From assembly GCA_977030845.1 (NCBI GenBank), contig OZ365116.1, positions 2,976,001 through 3,040,000 of the forward strand: a stretch of 64,000 bases of DNA, given 5' to 3'. The notes beneath the pieces are model-generated. The model was not told the DNA's origin. It did no database searches and saw only the letters and a program-made list of their open reading frames with translations. Below are positions 37,999-50,785 of this stretch, piece by piece. The DNA comes from Fimbriosthenelais zetlandica. Taxonomy: Eukaryota. Each line of letters begins with the position of its first letter. Position 1 is the first letter of the stretch. Both the position numbers and the translations under genes were made by a program.

Positions 37999-38156
37999 AG
38001 CTGGTACTCCATTTCAATTTTTGCTTGCGACACAATTGCCACAAAGGTGATGCTTGTGTCGCTAGAAAATTGATAATTTTGGTCAAGACGTTGACCGTCC
38101 AACACAGAAACATCGCCATTGTCGCAAGCGAAAATTGCAGTAGTGGAGACATAGTT
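37999..38156. mobile_element. PIF/Harbinger-type foldback MITE, family B, copy 2
   Basis: TAA flanks (37996-37998, 38157-38159). Shares gcttgcgacac...caaaggtgatgcttgtgt and gtcgcaagc...gcag.agtggag with the 24-kb copy. Confidence 0.7.
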
Positions 38157-39139
38157 TAATATGGATTAGATAGGGCAAGTTCATGTGATAACCATCACCA
38201 CAAAGATGGGGAGAGGTAAGATTTATCAGCTGTTATTGTGTCTAATATCGGATTAGTACAGCCAACATATTTAGGGTTCGATATGTTGGAACATCATTAA
38301 TCTCGCTAGATCATCAGCCCGATCATCTTTACCAGTCCAATTTGTCCTGGCTGTGGTATTGAATTAGATTTGTAAACTCGTCAGCTATGAATATAAATCA
38401 CGTGCATTGGATGTAGCTTGTACATTGCCTGTATGTGTATAATTGACCCTCTGACATCCCTGCATATATAAAGGCAACTTTACACGGAGAGATATCATCT
38501 TCAATATGCTGCTGGAAAAAATGAATAAAAAACAAGTTGATGATGGTTCAAACTGAAGATGACTGGCCAGGAGTGGTGTGGATCCGTGGCACAGTAAAGC
38601 TGGCTTGTGAGGACGTGTTTGAGTCCACATGTTTACCATGCCACACACGGCTGTCATCACCTATAATTCATCCTCACCCTGTCTCCCCATCCTTTGCTTT
38701 TTGCCCCAAAAATGAATAAAATGTCGGCTTCCTTTGTCATCGACCTGACAAACCTGACATTGGGACAAATGGTGGTCGGTTTGTCTCAAGTTGTCGTGTA
38801 AGGGTTTCTGTCTTTTTGGAATGAAAGGAGATCCTGGATCTGACTGTGCATATTGAATAGATGAGATCAAAGAGCACCTGTTTCTGGCGGGATTACCAGT
38901 CTCCATCCATGTATGCTAGATCACGGTAGAACATTAACTGATCACAAGAAGCCTACCATTCAATCAGTCTGAGGTGCTCTCACTTGGTCTGGCTCAGCTC
39001 TAATGAGGATCTAATCAGAAGTTAATCATTTACATTTTATATGACATCGTGTCCTCAGCTGCATTCCAACCTGACTCCCTCCAGACTTGGGCTTACACTG
39101 ACTTAGCCAAACTAACCAAGCTGTGACCAGACCGAGCAG

Positions 39140-39325
39140 TACAGAAAAACAAGTACGAAAACCTAGCTTTTCTGTACCAGGAAACTAAAAATAAACCTAA
39201 CTTTTCTCATTTAGAGAAGCACAGAAAAGCTTAACTTTCTCTTCTGTGAAGCACATGGTAGGAAACCAATCTTTTCTCGTCTGAGACACTCAGGAAACCC
39301 TATAACTTTTCTGTACTGAGAACCA
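39140..39325. repeat. Degenerate tandem repeat of about 35 bp (about 5 copies)
   Basis: A c(t)tttct core recurs at 39167, 39201, 39235, 39271 and 39306 (spacing 34, 34, 36, 35), with shared aacc/gaaac upstream and gagaa/gaagcac downstream. Confidence 0.65.
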
Positions 39326-41680
39326 CAACCCGGCTTTTTAAGCAGCATGCATTACTTAACGGAGTTAAGTTCTGCTGGTGGCAATGAATTCTAATTGCGT
39401 TATCTCCCTACCGAGCAATCTCTGGCGACATTTTTAGGGACCTTTGATCGATTGCGCCACGTTTAAACAGCACAAAACATGATTAGGGACTACAACTCTA
39501 TCACTGTTTGCCATTAAGTACAACTGGTGACTACAAGCTCTCCACTTCTAGATGTACTCAAATCCCCCATTGTGTCTTCAGCTAATTATTTTGGTAATGA
39601 ACTTTCAAGTCTTTTCTCTGTTTTTACCTCCTAATTACCTCTGAGAAATGAAAGGAAGGTACAGGGTCTGGAAACAAAGATGTTTTGTTATAGGTACGAA
39701 GAAAGTCCTTTCGTTCTTTTTTCAAGTCCGGATCTTGTCTATTAGATATTACAGCTCGTTATAAAATGACACTCTCCCCGACCCGTGGGTGGTGATAGCG
39801 TGTGGTGGCTAATTCTTTTAGATCATCCTCAGATTTCTTCACTAGTTGAGCATGTTTCGGGGAACTGGTGGTCCCACCATTTCAATATGTAGCCACTACC
39901 TTCATCCTGTCAAAAACGATGCTGGCACATAACAACATGGCTGCCACAGTTGTCTCCAGTTCTCCTCTGTTTAAAATATAGGAAACCAAATATGTGACAG
40001 TTCATATAATGAGGTGGTGCATGGATAATGACAAGGGATGAATATATGGGATTTCCCCCATAAGGGGATTTCACGCACTTCCATTATTAATTACTTTTAC
40101 CTGAAGCAAGTTAAGGCTTAAATGGATGTACCCTATTAGGGGGAAGCTTGTTACGATGTCCACGACTTCAATAAAACAATTTTATTTCCTGCATGGTACT
40201 TTTTTTTTTGCTTCCGTGCAAGTCTGCTTTTAAACTGTCAATGTCGGAGCACCCCACTCATTTATCTCTCTTAAGTGGCTTTTTATTGCTCTTGTTGCTA
40301 CAAAAAAAACAATTTTCCATTATTTTGAAATTAAATAAAATGAGGGCAAAATATTGTATCATGCAGAGAGTTTGTTTAAAAAAACAGATGCCTTTCATTG
40401 TTTGGCAAACACTGTTTGTTGTGAAATTGCCGCGTGGGCTTGATTTCAAACAACCTACTCCAACCCTCTGATCTCCCATGCTGAAATTTGTCAATCTTTC
40501 CCATTGATTTCTTGGCAATTCACAATGTTTTAAGACATTTCTGCTCTTGTGACAGTTCTTCTGTCTTTGGTGCGAATAGAAAACATCTTCACTACATCAG
40601 GGCCTTTGCACTCTGCGCCAAGCCCCTGAAAAGAAAGACCATGTGACTGAAGCATCTGTTCCCAAAAACCTTTTCAAACTCGTAAAATTCATTTGTAATT
40701 GTAACAAGATAGCATCTTCTTCAAGTCCCTGTTCATTTTGTTGTCTGATACTTTACCAACAGATATCTAATGATTAAAAACTTTCATGATATTCGAAATT
40801 GCTGAAATCAGATATTCTAACGTGGTATAATTGAGATGCAGAAATCATTGAGGAGGCTTTAAATAAATGAAAAACTTCCAATAACGTATCAAATCTCAGC
40901 TGGTATAGTATTACTCCTTTACATATTTGTAAAGGAGTAATACGGATGAGTAGTGGTAATCTTTAATCCATGTAATAGACCGCCAGATATGAGACATTAT
41001 AGCCCTGTTTTTTAATAAGTAGCATATAAAGTTGTGTATTTCTTACAGGCACATTTCACAGATAACCTATAAGATTAGGATATGCAGTTAGATATTTTAC
41101 ATTTAATGGTGAGATAACCTTCCAAATGCAGACATAAAATCTCTTGGCAAACTAAAATATCATTGTCCTTGGACGCACGATCACTAAATTCTTATTTCCC
41201 AAGACAGTGCTAAAGCTTTTCTGCAAATTGAATGAAATTGAATTGTTCTGCCCATTGTAGTATATCCATGAGGTTTTGTGATGACCTTTTCATGTATGAA
41301 TATAACAATGGTTCTCACCCACTTCCTACTGTCAGTGGGGACGGACGTGTAGTAAGATTTATTATAGATATTCTACAGGAAGCCCACATATCTGACAACA
41401 CGAGATATGTTCCAGAATGAAGTGAATATATTGGTCTGTTTTACATTTCCGCTATATGTGACATATGAGCACATTTACATGTATTATTCCATCTGCCCTC
41501 AACTTTAGATATTCTCAGGAACAGCCTCAAGCAGCAGAATACATTAAACTGTTGTTAGTTTTCAAACTTTCTCTGAGCCGCATTTGTTACGGAAACTCAC
41601 ACAGTTTTAATTAACAGTGAAATTAACATTTGGCTGGCCTCCTGTATGTCCTTGTCTTACCCACCATCTTCTCAGGTGCA

Positions 41681-41728
41681 CTAATCCGACCACCCATCTA
41701 ATCTGACCACCCATCTAATCTGACCACC
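41681..41728. repeat. 17-bp tandem repeat (about 2.8 copies)
   Basis: Units of ctaatctgaccacccat. Confidence 0.8.
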
Positions 41729-43333
41729 TGTAGACTTACCTGTATGTGACTACAGCATATTACCTCTCACTCTTATGCCGAGAGAAGAAGCACAAGGATA
41801 CCTGTCCATTACCATGGCAACGAGGGCTAGAAAGATCATCTCCCCATGCCTAAACATGACTTCCACCTATATACCCACCGAGCTAGCAGCCAATTAAAGA
41901 CGGCCAACCTTCTGTGCCCCTTTACTCCTTCCCTTTGGAGAGTGTGTGTATAGGCCATGTGTGGTGTTAGGTTCCTGCTTGATTATCATTGCTCTTATGC
42001 CAGACTCCACTAAAACAATGAGCAGACAATGATGATAATTAGTAATAGTAATGATGTATCGTCCTATGTAATATTATGATCTACCAGGGATCATCCTAAT
42101 TTAATCAGCTCCAAGATAGTTGGAGAGATCTCTAAACCTTGTTCTTACCTGATACCACTCCCATGTTCGGCTTAGTAGCGTGCCTACATCTATTCTCTTC
42201 CTGTTTGAATATTCCGCCATCTTCTCCTCATAAAAGACGTTTTCGTGGAGCAATGATGAGTAAAGTGCCTGTTCTATTGGGACGGTCGGCCAGGCAGGGC
42301 CCGTAACGACGATTAGTCATGTTTTTCCTGTACCTAGTTACGAGAACAAGGGGAATTTAATAATTCTTCATTTTCCCCCGTTTTCTTTCTTTTGTGACCG
42401 AGATAAGAGTTTTTTTATGATGATTTATACCCAAGGCAAAGGTCGTCTCTTGGTGTAGTAGGTTTTAGGTGTCTCCCTGGCCAGGCCTCATGGTGTTAGG
42501 GGGCAATTCTGTAGACCCCTTAACGCTAAATACCAACGAACGCTCTTAACCTTCCGTGTACAAGTCGGCCTTCTTTTGTGGTCCTATATATATTTTAGTG
42601 GGACATTGCCCTACCTGCACTAACCTTTATAGGAACATCGTCCCCCCATATTGAGACGCACAATCTCAAGTGGGTCGTGGAAAAAATAACCATATATCAT
42701 ATTGGTGCGTTTATTATAAAAGCCATGAAAAGCCTGAAAAGATGTGTATGTAAGGTCACTGACCTCCGGTACGTCTGTGTCAACTGTCTAAGATGTATTG
42801 GTGTTAGAAACGCCAAGACTCCATTCAAATACAGGGCATGTTCTGCTCAGTACGTTAGTCTCATTTCAAATGGCGACTCAGTGGATGTGAAGGCCTTCAG
42901 ACCTCTCAAAATGTTCTTGAACTCTGTTCGATACAATCTGGTGTACGGGTGAACATCATTGAATGTGCCATGTATGAAGGTACCAGTGAAATGATTGAAT
43001 CAACATTTTACAGACAACAATATAATACACCATGGGTTAGTATTATACCCTGGTACAGCCATTGCCTGGTACTACACAGTTCTGACCTGAGTACAGCAGG
43101 TCTCGGGTTCAAAGCTCCAAGCATTCCCCAAATGTGCCATTGTCCTTCACCCAGGGCATCTAACTGGGATATCGACCCCCAAACTTCCCCCCACTGTTAA
43201 TGGTATAAGTTATATAATATATGAACCATTCAAGAAGCAGTCATGCCTCCCACGGTCTAATGAGAGGCATGTCAAAGAACTATTGCTGCTTTTGAGAATG
43301 CTACTATTGCCTAACACCAAAATAGCAGTATTT

Positions 43334-43390
43334 ACTGTCATGGCTTGACATCACTGTCACGGCTTGACGTTACTGTCATGGCTTGACAGT
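43334..43390. repeat. 19-bp tandem repeat (3 copies)
   Basis: Units of actgtcatggcttgacatc with minor variants. Confidence 0.8.
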
Positions 43391-44934
43391 GTCACAGCAT
43401 GACATCTCTGACAGTGACAGTGGGCTGTAAAAAGATGAGTTGATTTTGGCCTCTGAACATTTGGCAGGGAAGGTAGGTCTGGTGTTCTGGCGTAACGAGT
43501 TCTGGCCATAGATCGTGGGCGTCCCACCGAAAACTGATGCTAAACCAATATCCCTGCCTGACTAATGCTCCCAGCAATTTAAACCCTACCATTCTCGATG
43601 TTTCTCGCCCTTGAATGTGAATCGTAGATGATTGTCAGTGTCGTGTGGACTGGTTTTTGTCTGCCTTCATTTACAGTTAGACAGAAAACACCAGTAATTC
43701 ATGCTCCCTGACTCTGAAATCACGTTATGGACGAGAAGGGGCGAGACTGTTAGACATATTGTCAGGCTGCGCAGTCCCTATAGGATAGAGTCCCCAACTC
43801 CAAAACACTTTTGTATTTTTAAACATCTATCTTACCACCTGATGCAGAAAGTGCTTTAATATGGATTTTTCATCATTTGGGTCTATACAACCACATGTTG
43901 CTTTCTCGGTTGCCATAGCTACATGTCCACCTCATTTTATAAATCTACCGTATAGTTGACTCTAGACACATCAATTCTCCCAGACATGCCACGCGATACC
44001 CCCTTAAGCCTCCCTTTCTTTGCTTTCAAATCATCAATTTGTGGAAAGTAAATAATCAGTTGAGCAGAAATAAACAACAATTTGCTCATCTGGGCAGTAG
44101 AACTTGTGTGATGGTTGGAGCCATGTCAACAGTGCATGTTGAGGTATTGGCGCCGTGTGCATTGATTAGTACCCACGCCCCACCAGCCGTGGACTAAGTA
44201 AGCTGCGAGGTAAAATGCCTCATCATCTGGAACCTCGGGCTTTTTTCTCCTTTAAGATGTGACTGTGGAAGAGAACATGCCAGGTCTATAGACTTTTAAT
44301 GTCTGCGTTAGAGTGTTGCTAATAGGTCCCCGCTAATGAGCCCCAGACCTATTTCCCTCTATCTGTTTTGTCTCTTTAAAACCCGTCCGTCCTTCCTCTT
44401 TATTGCCACTTTTATCACTAACAAAATAACTTTAAGTACGCATTTCGTCAGCTCGTTAAAACTCCTATATACTTGCTTAATTGGCTGAGAAAAACATCCC
44501 AGTCTTATAAAGGGGATGAGACTGCAGGGAAAGAAATGGAAATGAAGATTGGTTGAAAAGAATTGTGGAAAAAGTCTTGTTGGAGTGGAGATCAAGTGAT
44601 GGTGGGGGGGAGCTGGTAGTGTAATCCAGCTTGTTCTGCTAGTTGATATGGTGCTCCTGGTAAAACAGCTGCTGCCAGTTTTTCTCGCCTGGTATAGATA
44701 AAGTACAATGTGTGCCTATTGTAGTGGAGGTAAACAATGGTGTAATACTGCCCCCTACTGGGCTGAGATGGAATGATAGCACGTGGATCTAGCGGCTAAC
44801 ACGTGTGTGGCCTTCCTCCTGGTGGATCCTACTTCATCAATAGGGCCTTAGCCCCACCTGCTTCACCCACAAATTTACCTTCCTAATGTAGTCCACATTG
44901 TCATTGTTTGACTGCTAGATTACAGCGTGAAGAT

Positions 44935-44995
44935 CCACCATTCTGATTAACAGCTTCAGGTGAACACCCACCATTCTGATTAACAGCTTCAGGTG
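44935..44995. repeat. Perfect 28-bp direct repeat, period 33
   Basis: ccaccattctgattaacagcttcaggtg at 44935 and 44968. Confidence 0.85.
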
Positions 44996-47900
44996 TGCTC
45001 TGAATTTGGGTTTACTTTATTAGATTAAAAGTCCGGGTGAAAGTTGAAGAGGCAATCCATGCAAACTCCTTGAGGGGAAGGAAGATGATGTGAATTTGGA
45101 TGTGAAACCTAAAACTTTACTCCGCGTCATTAAATGGGAACATGTAATGGAATTAATCTAAGCTTGTTGACAGGCGATTAGGTTGTTGAATATTTTGGAG
45201 TCGATCTGTTGTATCATGGATCCCAACATTCTAAAAAGTGCCTAAAATTGATCAAATTTCGCTCAGTACAAGGGAATCAATACGTGGGATCATCATATAC
45301 AGGTTTTAAACAGTGATTAAACAATCTGTATTTTAAGCCTCATTTCGCTTCAGAGATTCATTAAAATTCTGCCATCTCAAATTATGAGAAGCCTGTTTAA
45401 AATGTATGGCTTTAATACATAAAGTTTGATAGGAAAGTCCAATTCAGTCTTGAAGAGATTCAATGTTTGGTTGAATTTTCAAGCAGTCCATATGTCAGGC
45501 TAATTACTTGGCCGCGGGTCTTACACAAACAACAGTCCAATTAGCCGGCTTGTTCAAGTGAGACTTTCCCTACCCACATGTGCCTAACCAAGAAATCAGC
45601 CACATGTATTCATTGTCCTACCTTGGAGCTAAAACGAATTTCTGACTCATTAAAATTGAAAAGACTCATTATCTGAATTTATGTTGCTTCTAAAGGAGAC
45701 TTTCCACAATTTGAAGTGTATTTTCACATATTTGACTGCCTTTTGAGATTGGCAGACCAGAGGCAAAAACATATATGTCCTCTTTCATCAGTAAGGTTAA
45801 TATGAATCTGGTCTCTCCGTTATCAACCTTGAGCTCAGGTCTATAGTTACTTCATTAAGTTGTCAGATCTGATGGTGCTCACTGGACACAGAAACAATAT
45901 GTAACATCCCTTGTCACATGAAAACCAAGTCCCAGTGTTAATGTGTTGTTCCCACTTATTTCCTAAAATACATCACAAATATTCTTTACCGTGTGTTTAC
46001 AACAGGAATTGCAATAAAGCCATTCAGTATTTTTATTTGGAAGTTGATTGAACTGACAATTGACAGATGCAATTGACAGCTCCTGTTGTCATGACCCATT
46101 ATTGACGCAAACAAAAAGTAATTGCATGAGGAACCCCAATACATGCAAACATTAAATCACTGGTAAATATTGATTGTCAACGAGATGTTCCCACAACTTG
46201 CCCAGTACAATGCATCTCCTTTGTTCAATAAAACAAAGACCTTTTCTGCATAAATGACCGCAGGAATCAATGTAAAATAACCCATAAATGATGATATAGA
46301 AACTCGCTCTAGTATGTAATGTCATACTCTAAGCAAAAGTGTTGATGGCCGTTTCGGGTGTGCATTTGGAGATTTGGTTTCTCTTGCATTAGGAGGTTTA
46401 CAGCGTATAGGAAATGCTATCTCACCCCACCATCTCATGTTTGGTGGGAGAACATGGTCTTGCCTTGAGGATGATTGCGGACATTCTAATCCCAAACGAC
46501 GAGAAACATGAGCTCAAGGGATAGTTAACGTTTCTGTGATCTGGCTACCATGATCCATCATTGAGGGAGTGGCCTGCGGTAGCTGGGTACCATAGTGTTA
46601 TATCTACCTATATCTCAAACCCCTCAACTCCCCCATTATCACCCACAGTGGGGTCCAGTCAGCAGAGAGCTGACCCACAACATACTTCATTACTTCATAT
46701 ACACCATCCTAAACTCGCTTCATTGCTTCTCCCTGACCTCCCAGGGATTCATGTAAAAAGATAAGGCACTACAGGCGCCATTATATGATTTACTCTAAAT
46801 AAGAAGAGAAGCGTCCCCCGTTAATTCCTCCTCATTGCCTCTAAGATGATCATTTCTCTCCTTCATTACTTTCTGACCTCCTTTTGAGCCCCACTGGAGA
46901 GTTCTAATGAAGGATGGACCCCCACTGGGGAAGGAGGGGAGGGTTCAGACCCATCTTCAAGCCTTGGATGGTCTGGTAGAGAATGCCTCTGGCTAGATCG
47001 TAAAGCAAACCTCTTGACCCAACACGGGTATCTTATAAGCCAGTGAGCTTTAATTTCCATCCAGTATACTGGGCACATGGGTCTGAATGTTGGCCTTAAT
47101 AAAATTCATAGCAAAGTCACAGGTTCAATTCCTCAAGGATCCTCCAAATTTGCCTTTTGTTTTTCTCTCCCAGGACAATGTTTGGCACTCTCTGTATTAA
47201 GAGGCCAGCCATGACTTATATTATCTTTGGTGAGAGACATGCAATTGAAGTGTAATAAATCTGTTATTGTTTTTGTCTGAAACTTTCTCTCTACTCACCT
47301 GTTTCCTTCCCTACCCGTACAAGTGCTTTACTCTGCTTCCAACCAATCTAATAATAGTTGTTTATTAGAAATCAGATTTTTAATAGAAAGAGTGGCGTGA
47401 AGTAGACTTATCTCTTTGAATTAAAGAAGTTTGCTTCCTTTCTGAAACGTTCCAGTATTAATCCCTCCCTGAACATGCAGTAGTAGTTGTGAAGGATTAG
47501 TCACTACTGTAGATTACTGTACTGTAGCCATCTTTTTTTTCACAGTCTTAATCCATGAATATCGCTATAAACCCCCTGGTGTAATCCCCAACACTCACTG
47601 ACTTCTGCTCCAGTGCTGCCATATTTGGATGTCTCAGATAGACAGTTGGTCCTCCCATTTGGAGCTCTTATTTTTTGTTCCCTTTGTAGAGTATAGATTA
47701 AAAGTTAGACTTTCTCATCTGGAATTTATCTGTGATAGTCCACTAAAGTCTCACTTGAGTTCTCCCCATCCATTTATTGCTGCGTGTTTTTGTTTTGGTG
47801 AGTTTATTACTATTGTACTGTGCTGTACATTCTCTTTGTGCATTAACATCCATTCGTTGTACACCATCCAATTAGGGATGAAGTATGTCATATATCATTG

Positions 47901-48155
47901 TTTGATATGCCATTGTTTTTATCATATGATATGATTAATTACATACCGTGTGAATACTATATTGCTGGATTGTGTATAAATGACAGTTTGAAATATGAGA
48001 TGCATTAGTTTTATGCGGGTTGTTGTTTAATTTAACATATAGGAACCTGATCACAATGTATAGTGGCTCACAATTCAGTGAGTACACTCCTCATGTTATG
48101 TTAAAATGTCACTTAAACTTTCTAACAAGTAGAACTTTTTTTAGGGTATAACCTG

Positions 48156-48276
48156 ATCACATATCACAAGACAGTATACTGAAATGAAATAGCTCATATG
48201 GAGTTTTTAATGCAATCACATATCACAAGAACTGTATACTGAAATGAAATAGCCGATATGGAGTTTCTAATGCAAT
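48156..48276. repeat. Tandem duplication of about 60 bp
   Basis: atcacatatcacaag...tatactgaaatgaaatagc...atatggagttt.taatgcaat occurs twice. Confidence 0.85.
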
Positions 48277-50494
48277 TACTGGGAAACTAACAGTGAAATT
48301 ATGAGAGAATAGTGACGTCAGCAATCTTTATGAGAGCTCCTAGATATCGATAATTGATGTCATTAGATGATTTGAATAGTCACGTGACTACAAAATATCA
48401 AAGTCATTGGGTTCTGTCTGTATTATTAATCCCGTCAAAAGACCCACCTACATTGATGGTAATAGCTATAAGTAAACTATATGACACCTTCCCAGGGACT
48501 AGTTGATAAACGTCCGTCCATACAGCACCTTGACACTGCCCTGTACCCTCCCTTACCAAGTCAAGTCAATTACCACTGACAGAATGTAGTCACAACTGTC
48601 TAACGTATGTATGGTAATGTCCGCCCTCTGGATCCCCGGACTTGTTGACCGTTGCGCCCTCTACATGGGCGTGAGGTCATTATTCACTTTGCCGCCTTTT
48701 ACCCCTGAACGTCAATGCCTTATTTGGTATACTTGGACAGAAGTATTTTTTCTATTTTTCCCGCTGTCAATTACACAGCGCTTTGTATATATATAGGTTC
48801 ATTTGTTGAGACCAGTCAGGGACTTACGTCTGGACGTCTGTTCTTTATCTATGAGATCCCCTTGCTTTATCACTTTCTCCTAACTGTTTGAAGTGAGATA
48901 GAATGGAAGCCATCTATAGAAAAATGGCCGCTTATCTTCTTCATAAAGAAAGGAGAAAACCCTTTGATATAAATAACATTATCCAGAGGCTAATGTTATC
49001 CCTTTTAATATCTAAGGAAGTTTTGGTACTTTTTCATTAAGTTTAAATCATTATTGTTTCCCTGTAGAAGTTTCATATTGCCATGACTGACCAGATCTGG
49101 AGTGGGAGAGTTTCTGTATTTCCTCCCCAGTTTCTCATAGACATATGAACAGTAGGAAGTGTGGGCAGCTAACCTTGTCTGCCTACCTTGAGATGTTCCC
49201 ATCCAATATATCCACTCAACACAGAAAGACTTTCATGTATTGAGCTCATTTTGAGTGTGGCCACCAGACATATGAGCAAATATTTGTCTCTGCTTTCTTT
49301 CTCTTTAGGACCTGTAGTGAGAGGCATGTAAAAGGCCAGCCATTGCTCTCACTGTCTTTCAGAGCATCTAAAAGATAAATTGCTGTAATAATAGCAGGCA
49401 AACAACAGCGTATTTCCTCCTTGTCAAAATAATGACCTGTTTATGGTTAAAATGTGGCTTTATGGAAGGAATCAGTTGGAGATATTAAGAGTTAATGATA
49501 GAAGCACTAACGGGAGCAGCTCGGCACCAGCTCAAGGTCTCTCCAGCTCCCATCATGGCGACCTTATCTCTTTATTACTTCAACCATTCACAAAGCCGCT
49601 GTCATTCTCACGGCACAATTGTTTTCTTAAGTTTAATCTTTCTCCAGCAAGGAATCCATCAGGTTCGCAATTGAACCCGATTCTAATCTAAAAAGGAGCC
49701 TCTCAATACAAGATTGGAGTTTGAAGTTAGAGCACAATAAACGCTTTAGAATGGCAGGCTGTATTGATGGGGAAGTCATAAAATGGCTTCTGTACATTGA
49801 AAACCTGTCTCCGCACGCCATGCTTCTCCCCATCTTTAATTCACTCAAGCCCTCACAGAATCAGCGATTGCTGATGTCACATTTGTACTTCTATAATATT
49901 TTTAAGACATTATCTCAAGTGAAATCCTTTACAGACATTTCAGTGTTCACAACCGTCCATCCACTGTCTCCACATTTCATCTCCCCCTCCTTCCTGGCTT
50001 AGGTTGAACTGAAAACGAATGTGATAAGTCATATTTCTGGCCACACCATGGTCACCTACTTGTAGTTCAGATATTTTATGTAATGGCCCGGCCCTCAGTT
50101 ACTGAATCATCTGACCGGTCTCTGAATGCTCCTTCCTATTTCTAACGACACAAAAACCCACCTATAGTGTATAAAGATGGGCAATAAATGAGCTTCCAGC
50201 AGATAACACTAGATTGGATTTGGTTAGATTTATAAAGCTGTCAGTGGGGTTGTATTTACTGGTAGATTGCTATGATCTGACTGTTGTGTCGTCTGATGGC
50301 ATTCACAACCATACTGGGTACTGATGCTCCTTCCCAGACCGAAAAATCCAGGCATTTTCTCTTATAGAAAGTTCCTTGATAAATGAGATTTTTGCAAGGA
50401 ATTACTTTCTATTTGAATTCAGGTCTAGAAGTTCAGAGCCGTGCCGCCCACAATGAGATGTGGCACGCCAGTATATGATACTATAGAACTGTAA

Positions 50495-50785
50495 TCACTC
50501 TGCCCACTTGTTTATACTTATCTTGACAATTATTAGATTGACATTGACATTGGGAGGAGAATGTCGACCTATATGTAGACCCATGTTGGTTGGGAGTGCC
50601 ATGATTGGTGCTATACATGTACGTGTTATTAGATAGTCCTCTTTGATTGGCTTCTGGCCGAGTGTGATAGCTGTGTACCGGTTGCGAACATCTTTGAACT
50701 TTGTTTCTGGTAAGAAGGCAATTTTTACATGTCTTCCTGTCAAGGGACGCCTTTTATGTCTCGTCTTAATACTCGAGTAGACCAC
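50495..50785 (-). mobile_element. Decayed LINE apurinic-like endonuclease fragment
   Basis: The ORF contains KIAFLPETKFK followed by DYLITRTC and GLHIGRH, resembling APE motifs (DIxxLQETK, GYxxxRxDR, GVAIY). Recognised by eye only. Confidence 0.4.
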
